DNA of 41,807 nt from a virus. Taxonomy: Duplodnaviria > Caudoviricetes. Positions 18,379 through 27,052 of this stretch are shown here, in pieces. Position numbers and translations under genes: made by a program. The stretch lies in the IMG/VR virus record IMGVR_UViG_3300027608_000064, positions 1 to 41,807 of that record. One strand, 5' to 3'. How positions within the stretch are numbered: the first letter of the stretch is position 1; each line of letters starts with the position of its first letter. The notes below the pieces were generated by a model, which did no database searches, was not told the DNA's origin, and saw only the letters and a list, made by a program, of their open reading frames with translations.

Positions 18379-18423
18379 TATTTATAGTTAGGTTGTGGTA
18401 TTTCCCACATCCTGTATAATGTT

Positions 18424-19602
18424 ATGTTAATTAAAAAAAGAGGTAAGACAATATTTGAGGTTTTAACTATTAAAGATTTTGAATCCTTTATAGTTAATGA
18501 AAGTTTTTATAAATACTTTATAAAATTTGATGTTTCACATAAAAAAGAAATCCAAGAATTGATTGAAAAGACAGATTTTGTAAATTACAAACAAGTTAAA
18601 CCAACAATTAAATCCATTTTAAAATACCCCGATACTATATACAATAAAAAATTTTTAAAGTGTATGGGGTGGGAAAATCAAGACATTAAGAATTTTATTG
18701 TTAAAAAACAAAAACAAAACAGTAAAAAATTATCGGATTTAAAAAAAAATAATCCCGATCATTATAAAGATAAGACAACTACCAATGTTGAGTATTGGGT
18801 TAAAAAGGGTTATTCTATTGAGGAATCTAAAAACCAAATCAAACAAAGGCAGAGTACGTTTAGTTTAGAAAAATGTATAGAAAAGTACGGTAAGGATAAA
18901 GGGAGGGAAATGTTCGACGAAAGACAAAATAAATGGATTAGAAGTTTAAAAAACAAAACAAATTATTCTGAAATACAAAAAAGTAAAAGTGGTTTTAAAT
19001 ATAATGAAAAAAGTCAATCAGATATTCTAAGACATTCTGGATTTAAAGAAAAAATAAATAACATTGTCACACATTGCACCACAAATAAAAACATTAATGA
19101 TTTTATTGATTGCGTGTTATCTAAAGATGATATTAAAAGATATTCAGACTTGTCTCCATATATTAGTAGTAAGATAATACAGAATTTTTATCAATCAACA
19201 AGTAAAGAATTAAAAAATATTATTTATAGTAAAATTAACTTAAACCAAAATAGACAATATTACGGAATACCAACTTACCATAACGGTATAAGATATAAAA
19301 GTGTAGGTGAGTATCGGGTGGCTTTATTTTTAGAAAAAAATAACTTAAATTTTGTTTATGAAACTAACTACCCTAATAGTAATATGAAATGTGATTTTTA
19401 CTTACCTAAAGAAAATATTTACATTGAGTTTTTTGGGTTATTAAATGGTAAAAATTTAGATAAATTAGATCGGGTTTTGGGATTATATAAAGAAAAAATG
19501 AATTATAAAATTAAATTTTGTGTGGATAATGATATTAATTTAATATATGATTTAAATGAAAATAAACTAATTGGAAAAATAAAAAGTTATTATGAGGGTT
19601 AA
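18424..19602 (+). CDS. Free-standing putative homing endonuclease (C-terminal PD-(D/E)XK/Vsr-like domain)
   Basis: C-terminal KSVGEYRVALFL...YE...CDFYLPKENIYIEFFG and N-terminal basic repeats (EYWVKKGYS.EE, IEKYG...G). Sits between the intein halves and is more AT-rich than its flanks. Confidence 0.75.
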   Translation: MLIKKRGKTIFEVLTIKDFESFIVNESFYKYFIKFDVSHKKEIQELIEKTDFVNYKQVKPTIKSILKYPDTIYNKKFLKCMGWENQDIKNFIVKKQKQNSKKLSDLKKNNPDHYKDKTTTNVEYWVKKGYSIEESKNQIKQRQSTFSLEKCIEKYGKDKGREMFDERQNKWIRSLKNKTNYSEIQKSKSGFKYNEKSQSDILRHSGFKEKINNIVTHCTTNKNINDFIDCVLSKDDIKRYSDLSPYISSKIIQNFYQSTSKELKNIIYSKINLNQNRQYYGIPTYHNGIRYKSVGEYRVALFLEKNNLNFVYETNYPNSNMKCDFYLPKENIYIEFFGLLNGKNLDKLDRVLGLYKEKMNYKIKFCVDNDINLIYDLNENKLIGKIKSYYEG

Positions 19603-19990
19603 AATTGAGGAGTTTTTTAATTTGATCGAGAACGAGGGTGGAACATATAAAGTTAAAACACCATCCGGATATAAATTAATTGGTAATTTATATAAAAAAG
19701 AAAATAAAACCTGTTTTGAAATAAAACTTTCAAACGGGTTAGGGTTATCCGGATCTGAAGACCATTTAGTTGAGGTGGACGTTAACACAACCAATGAAAC
19801 TGTCGAATATATTAATGATTCGTTTTGGGTTAAATTAAAAAATATTAACGTGGGTGATTTTGTATATTGTGAAGATAATAACATTTATGAGGTTATTGAA
19901 ATGTCAGAAATTGGAGTTCACAATACCTACGATTTGGAGGTTTTAGATAACGAAAGAAAATACATATCTAATGGTGTGGTATCTCATAAT
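19592..19990 (+). mobile_element. Split intein C-part (IntC, 133 aa)
   Basis: VKIEEF, block B LSGSEDHLV, WVKLKNINVGD, block F TYDLEV, and block G YISNGVVSHN followed by +1 Cys. Confidence 0.92.
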
Positions 19991-21808
19991 TGTGGTAAAA
20001 CGGCCATTGTTGAAGGTTTAGCCAAAAAAATATTTGAGGGTGATTGTCCCCAAAACTTATCAGGAAAAAGAATTGTTTCTTTGGATATGACATCAATTGT
20101 TGCGGGAACAAAATATCGTGGTCAATTTGAAGAAAGGATGAAGGTTATCATTGAAGAATTATATGCGAATCCTGATATCATCATTTTTATTGATGAAATT
20201 CACACAATGATTGGTGCCGGTAATTCATCAGGATCAATGGACGCTTCCAATATATTCAAACCGGCACTTTCAAGAGGAGAACTTCAATGTATCGGAGCAA
20301 CAACATTGGAGGAATATAGAAAGAACATTGAAAAGGACGGAGCATTGGAAAGAAGATTCCAAAAGGTAATGGTTGACCCATCAACGAAAGAAGAGACGTT
20401 AATAATACTCCAAAACTCAAAAAACAGATACGAAGATCACCATAAAGTAACATATAGTGACGACATATTAAAATTATGTGTTGAACTTGCTGATAGATAC
20501 ATTACAGATAGAGAATTTCCTGATAAGGCGTTTGATATTATTGATGAGGTTGGGGCAAGATCTCAGGTTGAGATTAAATTACCTGAAATTATTGAAGATT
20601 TAAAAAGGCAAGCACAAGGCATTAAAGACGAGAAGGTAAAAGTTATTAATAGTCAAAGATATGAGGAAGCAGCAAACTTGAGAGACAAAGAAAGAAAAAT
20701 TTTAAATGATTTAGAAAGAGAAAAAACCGAATTTGAAAAAAATAGAAATCTATATAAAAGAGAAGTTACTGAGGACGTTGTGTATGACGTTGTAACCTTA
20801 ATGACTAAGATTCCGGTCAGTAAAGTATCAACCGATGAGACAGAACAATTAAGAACCCTAAAAGAAACACTATCAACAAAGGTTATCGGACAAGAAGATG
20901 CCGTTGCAAAGATATCAAGAGCAATCCAAAGAAATAAAGTGGGGTTAAATGATCCAAAAAAACCAATATTTAGTGGGTTACTAATCGGTAATTCGGGTGT
21001 TGGTAAAACGGAGTTGGCAAAACAACTTGCAAAACATATGTTTAATTCTGAAGATTCGTTAATCAGATTGGATATGAGTGAATTCTCTGATAAAATCGCA
21101 TCGTCAAAATTAACAGGAACATCTCCAGGTTATGTCGGATATGAGGATGGTTCACCGTTTTTAAATAAAATTAAAAATAAACCATATTCGGTTATTTTAT
21201 TAGATGAGATAGAGAAAGCTCACCCTGAAATTTTTAACGTATTTTTACAAATGTTAGATGAAGGGTTTTTAACGGATGGTCACGGAAGAAAGATTAATTT
21301 TAAAAACTGTATTATTTTGATGACATCGAACATAGGTACAAAAATTGTTCAGGATTTTGGTACGGGAGTAGGGTTTTCTACAAATTCGAAAGTTGAGAAA
21401 AAAGAGGAGGAAATTAAATCAGTTTTAGAGAAAGAATTATTTAAAAAGTTTGCTCCTGAATTTATAAATCGTTTTGATGAGATTATTTATTTTAAAGACC
21501 TTAACGAAAGTGATCTATTAAAAATCGTTGATTTGGAACTTGAAAAAGTACACAAAAGAATCGAGGGTATTGAGTTTGATTTGGAGGTTGGTGAGAGTTT
21601 GAAAAAACATATCATTTCTGTTGGTACCGACACAAGGTTTGGGGCAAGAATACTAAAAAGAACAATACAAAAATGGGTGGATGATTCGGTAACTGAAAAG
21701 ATATTATCGGATAATCCAGAGAAGGGATCTAAATTTATCTTGTCATATAATGAAACGGATAAAAAAACTGAGGTTAAAGTAAAAAAACCAACAAAAAGAA
21801 AAAAATGA
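19592..21808 (+). CDS. clpC: C-intein fused to the ClpC C-terminal fragment (rest of AAA-1, UVR middle domain, AAA-2)
   Basis: After HN come CGKTAIVEGLA, GTKYRGQFEER, IFIDEIH, ALERRFQ, PDKAFDIIDE, second Walker A GNSGVGKT, LLDEIEKAHP, and the ClpP-docking loop GVGF. Confidence 0.95.
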   Translation: MRVKIEEFFNLIENEGGTYKVKTPSGYKLIGNLYKKENKTCFEIKLSNGLGLSGSEDHLVEVDVNTTNETVEYINDSFWVKLKNINVGDFVYCEDNNIYEVIEMSEIGVHNTYDLEVLDNERKYISNGVVSHNCGKTAIVEGLAKKIFEGDCPQNLSGKRIVSLDMTSIVAGTKYRGQFEERMKVIIEELYANPDIIIFIDEIHTMIGAGNSSGSMDASNIFKPALSRGELQCIGATTLEEYRKNIEKDGALERRFQKVMVDPSTKEETLIILQNSKNRYEDHHKVTYSDDILKLCVELADRYITDREFPDKAFDIIDEVGARSQVEIKLPEIIEDLKRQAQGIKDEKVKVINSQRYEEAANLRDKERKILNDLEREKTEFEKNRNLYKREVTEDVVYDVVTLMTKIPVSKVSTDETEQLRTLKETLSTKVIGQEDAVAKISRAIQRNKVGLNDPKKPIFSGLLIGNSGVGKTELAKQLAKHMFNSEDSLIRLDMSEFSDKIASSKLTGTSPGYVGYEDGSPFLNKIKNKPYSVILLDEIEKAHPEIFNVFLQMLDEGFLTDGHGRKINFKNCIILMTSNIGTKIVQDFGTGVGFSTNSKVEKKEEEIKSVLEKELFKKFAPEFINRFDEIIYFKDLNESDLLKIVDLELEKVHKRIEGIEFDLEVGESLKKHIISVGTDTRFGARILKRTIQKWVDDSVTEKILSDNPEKGSKFILSYNETDKKTEVKVKKPTKRKK

Positions 21809-21809
21809 T

Positions 21810-21840
21810 TTTGTAATTGTCAAAAGTTTTTGTAAGTTTG
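21810..21840 (+). promoter_or_regulatory. Bacteroidota primary-sigma promoter
   Basis: TTTG at 21810, a 19-nt spacer, then TAAGTTTG at 21833. Confidence 0.7.
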
Positions 21841-21857
21841 TATTATAATTATTTAAT

Positions 21858-22469
21858 ATGACTCTTATGAAAACTTTTCTTTTATCTTTATTCTTGTTTT
21901 TATCTTTATTTTCTGTTTCTCAAACACAAGATCAAATCCAATCTTACTTTAATGAGGTTGCGTATGGTAGTGAAGCTATAGAAGGACTTAACTATAATAA
22001 AATAACAAAATGGAATAAAGATATTAAAATTTTTATTGATGGTAACTATACCACACAAGATTTAATTAATATAAAAAATTTAATTACAGAACTAAACGGT
22101 TTAATTGGAAACATTAAAATTACAATTGTAAAAAATAAATCAGAATCAAACTCAATTGTTTATTTTGGTGATTTTAATACTTTTAATTCAAAACATTTAT
22201 ATAACCAATCACCGTATATTGAATGTTATGGGTGTTGTTTCGTATATGGTTCTAGTCAACCAAACATAATCAGTGAAGTTAAAATTTTTATAAGAACAGG
22301 TATACCATCTTTAGATAAAAAACACGCACTAATTGAAGAAATAACACAATCGTTAGGTTTAGCAAACGACTCTTGGTCTTATGAAGATAGTATGTTCTAC
22401 GAAGGTTACTCTACAACACAACAACTATCTAAAATAGATAAAGAAGTAATTAAAATGTTATATAAATAA
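21858..22469 (+). CDS. Exported DUF2927-like (zincin-like) protein
   Basis: Signal peptide, I.KW..DI.I, and EEITQSLGLANDS..Y.DSMFY motif. Confidence 0.75.
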   Translation: MTLMKTFLLSLFLFLSLFSVSQTQDQIQSYFNEVAYGSEAIEGLNYNKITKWNKDIKIFIDGNYTTQDLINIKNLITELNGLIGNIKITIVKNKSESNSIVYFGDFNTFNSKHLYNQSPYIECYGCCFVYGSSQPNIISEVKIFIRTGIPSLDKKHALIEEITQSLGLANDSWSYEDSMFYEGYSTTQQLSKIDKEVIKMLYK

Positions 22470-22497
22470 AAAAAAGGAACCTAATTGGTTCCTTTTT
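22469..22497. terminator. Bidirectional terminator
   Basis: aaaaaaggaacc-taatt-ggttcctttt between convergent genes. Confidence 0.8.
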
Positions 22498-22512
22498 ATA
22501 TAATTTATTATT

Positions 22513-23487
22513 TTATTTTTTAGGTCCAACACCTCTACCAATCTCTTTTCCTTCTTTATCGTAATAAATATGTTGGGCGGTTTTATACCAAGTAGCATTT
22601 GCTAAACATTGTTTTTTACCAAGAGCAACCATCTGTGTTTTGTATGCCGTGTATGCTGATTTTTGTGGCTCATTGTATGGTGGTGATGTAAAATTATAAA
22701 CAAGAGCTCCCTTGTAAGGGTCATAACATTCAAATCTAGCTCCTCCCCAATAAAAATAACCACCATATGGTGCGGAACTTAATTGTTGTTCAACACCATC
22801 TCCAGTCACTGCCGGTCCTCCATCTGACGGTAGACCAATGGTTTTTAAATCACCTGCGGTTATTACATTTGGTGGATCACCTATCACCTTACTACTAGCA
22901 ACACTACCTGTTCCTTTAGTCGCTGGTAATGGTTTCTTTTCTTGCGGGATTACAGGAGATGTTGTTACTTTAATAAGTGGATTAGGTAAACCTTTTGATA
23001 AATCACTAATTGCTTTACATCCCGCAGCACCTATTTTTTTAAGTTCGATTTCCCAAGTACTTCTAGCCGTAGCTGCTTCCATTTGTCCCGTTGCCCCTAT
23101 ACTAGATGCGTACGCTTTTTGATATTCAAAAACTGAATTAACCCTTTCTAAAAATACGATATCAACACAAGAATAAACCGGATCTAAAACGTCAACATCC
23201 ACATCTGTTCCCATGATTTGATTTTTTCTTTTAATAGTACCTAAAGGGTTTGTTGGGTTAAATTTAATTTGTGTTGGTTTACCTGACTCGTCTTGGCCTT
23301 GTAAAGTTACGGTTGACATTAAATAGGTTTTCATTGTCTCACCATATGTTGCATCCATAGACGTTTTAATAACATTATAATCAGCATTTACAGCCTCATT
23401 TAAATAATGTCTACCTGACGCTCTATAATGCATCTCAAGAATCCTCTTTTTTTCAGATTCGTTTAAACTTGATAAAATATTTTTCAT
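22513..23487 (-). CDS. Hypothetical, putative internal virion protein
   Basis: Leader LNESEKKRILEMH...YLNE and a TATTTAT motif upstream. Confidence 0.65.
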   Translation of the reverse strand: MKNILSSLNESEKKRILEMHYRASGRHYLNEAVNADYNVIKTSMDATYGETMKTYLMSTVTLQGQDESGKPTQIKFNPTNPLGTIKRKNQIMGTDVDVDVLDPVYSCVDIVFLERVNSVFEYQKAYASSIGATGQMEAATARSTWEIELKKIGAAGCKAISDLSKGLPNPLIKVTTSPVIPQEKKPLPATKGTGSVASSKVIGDPPNVITAGDLKTIGLPSDGGPAVTGDGVEQQLSSAPYGGYFYWGGARFECYDPYKGALVYNFTSPPYNEPQKSAYTAYKTQMVALGKKQCLANATWYKTAQHIYYDKEGKEIGRGVGPKK

Positions 23488-23537
23488 AATTATTTGTATT
23501 TTAGATATAAATAGTCTATCTTTATAAAAAATATTAA

Positions 23538-24584
23538 ATGAACTTAGACAAATTCAAAGAATTACTATCAATCCCCTCCAAAACATATCAAGAAGAGGAT
23601 ATGGTAGAATATCTTTGCAATGAACTTGACACAATTCCAAGCGTCTCCTACTACCGAGATAATATGATGAATATATATGCAACCAAAGGCGAATTAAACG
23701 AAGGAGAATATTATCCGATGTTTATTGCCCACACGGACACCGTTCATCATAAGGTAGATAAAATGATGATTATACAAGAAGACCTCGTTAGACCAAACAC
23801 CTTTGGCAAAAAGTTTGACGAGGCAAAAGTCCCATGTTTAAAGGCTTATGCTGAAGATGGATTACCAACAGGAATTGGTGGTGATGACAAATGTGGTATT
23901 TTTATTTGTTTGGAGTTATTGAAAACTTTGGATAAAGTTAAGGTTGGTCTTTTTGTTTCAGAAGAAACGGGATGTCACGGATCAAGCCAATGTGATGAAA
24001 ACTTCTTACAAGATGTTGGTTACATTACACAATATGATGCACCAGGAAATCATTTAATCTCCGAGATTTGCTCGGGAGTTCGTTTATTTGAAAGAGACAG
24101 TGAATTTTTCACCAAAACTTTAAAAGTAATTGAAGAATCATTTGGTAATGAGATGTTAATTCAATCTCACCCTTATACCGATATATCTCAATTAAAAAAG
24201 AAAGTAGATGTATCTTGCATCAATATGTCTTGTGGGTATTATAATATGCATTCAAACCAAGAGTTCGTATCAATTGAAGATGTAAGATGCGCAATTGAGG
24301 TTGGAAAAAATATGGTTAAGGAACTTGGTAATAAGAAATACGAATATGTTTATAAACCAATCACATATACATCACAAACCGTAATGAACTCTTTGGTTGG
24401 TTTTGATATGGACGACGATTTAAAAGAAGAGGATATCCATCAATTGGAAACTGTTGATGTAATTGAAGAGAAAGACGGAATCACGATTTCGGATATATAT
24501 GATGGTGTTTCCGTTTTTATAAGTGACGACGATGTCCCTTATTTATATGAGATTTTAAAGGAACGTCTTATTTCTAAGAATTGA
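23538..24584 (+). CDS. M28/M20-clan zinc peptidase
   Basis: Metal ligands AHTDTV, GGDDKCG, SEETG, QYD and YYNMH. Upstream TTTG-N20-TATCTTTA promoter-like element. Confidence 0.85.
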   Translation: MNLDKFKELLSIPSKTYQEEDMVEYLCNELDTIPSVSYYRDNMMNIYATKGELNEGEYYPMFIAHTDTVHHKVDKMMIIQEDLVRPNTFGKKFDEAKVPCLKAYAEDGLPTGIGGDDKCGIFICLELLKTLDKVKVGLFVSEETGCHGSSQCDENFLQDVGYITQYDAPGNHLISEICSGVRLFERDSEFFTKTLKVIEESFGNEMLIQSHPYTDISQLKKKVDVSCINMSCGYYNMHSNQEFVSIEDVRCAIEVGKNMVKELGNKKYEYVYKPITYTSQTVMNSLVGFDMDDDLKEEDIHQLETVDVIEEKDGITISDIYDGVSVFISDDDVPYLYEILKERLISKN

Positions 24585-25724
24585 AAATTTCTTGGCTTGT
24601 TCTAAAAGGTCAAACATTTTTTCGTTATAGATTAAATTTAAAAAACTGTCAATATCTGTTTTACCACCCTTGGCATCCCACCCATTTTTTCTTTTCATTG
24701 TATAATAAATTAATGACGTGTCTGGTTCAATCCCGTTAATTCTTATTTCGTATTTTCCATCTTTTGTTTTAATCCAAACGTCAACGCCACCAATTTTCAT
24801 AACTTTATCAACAACGTCAAAATAATTTTTATCGTAATTATCCGGATTTTCTTCAATATCTTCCAACTTCTTTTCAAGTATTTTTGTTAAACCCGGTAAC
24901 CAAGACTCCTCAAACTTTTCACTATCCCAATAATTTGACTCCATTTCATAATATTCCGGTAAATATGCACTAACCGTTTTTTTAATTGTAGAAAATAACA
25001 GGTCTAAAAAACTACCATCGTCTGTACCATAATGGGCAAATAATAATAGAGCGTCTCCCCACCCCATATGGTATTTCCAAAAACAATATCTATCACTATA
25101 CCGATCAATACCAACCGGTTTTAAACAATCACACAATTTATCCTCAATTCCTTTTGGGACTGAGTCTCTAACTGCATCAACATTTGAATCGGTGTATAAC
25201 TCAACAATATCACTTTCAAGACCTATCGTCTCTAAAAAAGAAGAAATTATTTTTGACATTTTACCATTTAAGTCGTTTGTTGTGATTTTAGAGAGTTTAG
25301 AATACATATCTGGTGATGAATATTTTGCCAAACTTATAAGTAATTCCAAATGTACAGGTCTAAACGATTGGACAATATATCCCTCCGACCAATCTTCGGA
25401 GTTCCTATTTGAAAAGTCATCGTACCAATCCCATCGTTTTTCATACATCATTTCATAATAGGATGCATCATAATACCCCTCTGAATTATCTTCTTTTGAG
25501 TAATCGTCAGGAAAAAAGAATGTCAAAAAATCTCGTAACCCATCAAAGGTAAACATTATACCATCGTCTTTAATTTCAATATGATCTGAAAAGTCTTCCC
25601 CTTCTGAATTATAAAACTCAATAGCATTTGCGCTTATCTTGCGTTTTATCATTCTTGATATTTGTTGATAATCTGTTAACTCTTGTTCTTCCTCGTCCTC
25701 AAAAATAAATTTTTTCTTTAACAT
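24555..25724 (-). CDS. Acidic hypothetical protein (probable start ATG 25724)
   Basis: MLKKKFIFEDEEE start follows a TATTTAT motif at 25731-25737. The ORF-track extension to 25790 runs through the tmRNA promoter. Confidence 0.7.
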   Translation of the reverse strand: MLKKKFIFEDEEEQELTDYQQISRMIKRKISANAIEFYNSEGEDFSDHIEIKDDGIMFTFDGLRDFLTFFFPDDYSKEDNSEGYYDASYYEMMYEKRWDWYDDFSNRNSEDWSEGYIVQSFRPVHLELLISLAKYSSPDMYSKLSKITTNDLNGKMSKIISSFLETIGLESDIVELYTDSNVDAVRDSVPKGIEDKLCDCLKPVGIDRYSDRYCFWKYHMGWGDALLLFAHYGTDDGSFLDLLFSTIKKTVSAYLPEYYEMESNYWDSEKFEESWLPGLTKILEKKLEDIEENPDNYDKNYFDVVDKVMKIGGVDVWIKTKDGKYEIRINGIEPDTSLIYYTMKRKNGWDAKGGKTDIDSFLNLIYNEKMFDLLEQAKKFSILRNKTFL

Positions 25725-25762
25725 ATTTATATAAATATATTGGATAATCAAAACATTTGTAT

Positions 25763-25770
25763 TATCTTTG
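25763..25770 (+). promoter_or_regulatory. Bacteroidota -7 element upstream of tmRNA
   Basis: TATCTTTG, 34 nt before the mature tmRNA 5' end. Confidence 0.6.
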
Positions 25771-25804
25771 TATGAGTTCTTTGAAATCATCGTTTAAGAT
25801 ATAT

Positions 25805-26212
25805 GGGCCAATATTGGAATTGACGGGCATTGGTTGAATAAAGGAAGCATGTCGGGACTGAATTAATCTCGTTAAAAACTGATTCACACTACAAATGGCA
25901 ATGTGCTAAACAACCTTGAGACTTTGGGTCTAATCTCAACTCAAGAAGTAACTGTAGCTTAATAAGTTACGGATACGCGAGCCGGTTCACATACGCTCAG
26001 GAACAGAAGTGACTAAGGTGGAATACGACTGAACCCAAAATCGAGTCGTCTATTGGTTGTTGGTTTACGATAGTGAAGAACAAACTAACCTTGTTTTTGG
26101 TCAAGTAAAAAATCAAATATTTTGGGACATTAGAAAATGTCAACCTAAGCATGTAGTCGTCTTTTAAACAAGATGAGCCGGACGAGGAAGTCGGAGTCCT
26201 CTTGGTCCACCA
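25805..26212 (+). ncRNA. ssrA: tmRNA (408 nt) with tag reading frame 25897-25962
   Basis: 5' GGGCCAA pairs with 3' TTGGTCC-ACCA and includes the G3.U Ala determinant. Also GGaaTTGAC in the D-loop region, GCATGT / TAAGCATGTAG helix 2 elements, and T-stem GAGGA/TCCTC. Tag is GNVLNNLETLGLISTQEVTVA followed by TAA TAA. Confidence 0.92.
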
Positions 26213-26217
26213 ACTAT

Positions 26218-26247
26218 CCCACTATTTAATTATGGTGGGTTTTTTTA
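26218..26247 (+). terminator. tmRNA terminator
   Basis: cccactat-ttaatt-atggtggg followed by a T run. Confidence 0.8.
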
Positions 26248-26306
26248 TGCACAAAAAAACCTCAATCTTATTAAGAGTGAGGCTAACTTTCTAGAGAAAC
26301 AGAAAA

Positions 26307-26468
26307 TTAATTTTTTGTTGTGTCAGCAACTTCTTCCGTAGCGTTTGTTGTAGATTCTACAGTTGTTGCGTTAGGTGTAGCATTTTCAGTTGCCGTTTTT
26401 TCACCACAAGAAGTCATCAGAGAAATTGTGGTCAAAACCATAAGACACACTAATACTAACTTTTTCAT
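26307..26468 (-). CDS. Small lipoprotein, 53 aa (not in the ORF track)
   Basis: MKKLVLVCLMVLTTISLMTS-C-GEKTATENATPNATTVESTTNATEEVADTTKN: SPII signal peptide and a low-complexity T/E/A tail. A terminator-like hairpin lies at about 26253-26282. Confidence 0.75.
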   Translation of the reverse strand: MKKLVLVCLMVLTTISLMTSCGEKTATENATPNATTVESTTNATEEVADTTKN

Positions 26469-26560
26469 TTTATAAAAATTAAACGTTTATTTATATAATA
26501 TATATCATAAAAAAACTATTATTTCAATGGCAGATTAAAAAAAATACGTATCTTTGTGGT

Positions 26561-27052
26561 ATGCAAACATTCCTTCCATATTCAGATTTTAGAAAATCAT
26601 TAGAATCCTTAGACAATAAACGTTTAGGTAAACAACGTGTTGAAGCTTACCAAATTATATCGGCAATCACGGGCAGACCAAAAAAGAACGGACAACCTTA
26701 TAAAGGTTGGACATCACATCCGTGTTCTGTTATGTGGCGTGATTATGTAAATGCACTTAAACAGTATTACAACGACTCTATTGACGTGTGGAAGTCTCGT
26801 GGTTTTAAAAACACAATGGAGTATGATGTAATTGAAGGTGAGTTTGTTTTACCTCATTGGTTGGGTGACGAAGATTTTCATTCATCTCATAGATCAAATT
26901 TATTAAGAAAAGATTTTGATTATTATTCTAAACACGGGTGGGTTGACAATCCTGATGACCCTTACATTTGGATGGACGGTGAAAAGTTGTGGTATAAACA
27001 AATGGTCGGTACTAAAGAACGGATATATTTTAAAGACCAAAACGTGATTTAG
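26561..27052 (+). CDS. Pyrimidine-dimer DNA glycosylase family (DenV/MSMEG_6728-like)
   Basis: MQTFLPY.DF......LD.KRLGKQRVEA.QI, W..HP...MW and H.SHRSNLLRKD motifs. TATCTTTG at 26549. Confidence 0.85.
   Translation: MQTFLPYSDFRKSLESLDNKRLGKQRVEAYQIISAITGRPKKNGQPYKGWTSHPCSVMWRDYVNALKQYYNDSIDVWKSRGFKNTMEYDVIEGEFVLPHWLGDEDFHSSHRSNLLRKDFDYYSKHGWVDNPDDPYIWMDGEKLWYKQMVGTKERIYFKDQNVI

Noticed and set aside
18376-18423. Stop-codon reassignment or readthrough fusing IntN to the endonuclease (same frame)
   Set aside because: Two different stops (TGA 18376, TAG 18385) intervene, IntC is in another frame, and core genes are intact in the standard code.
18379-19591. Group I intron interrupting clpC
   Set aside because: Only 45 nt of non-coding sequence on one side and none on the other, which is too little for a ribozyme core. 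The intein motifs explain the break.
26180-26212. Stand-alone tRNA
   Set aside because: The CCA end pairs with sequence 400 nt upstream and there is no anticodon arm; this is the tmRNA 3' end.
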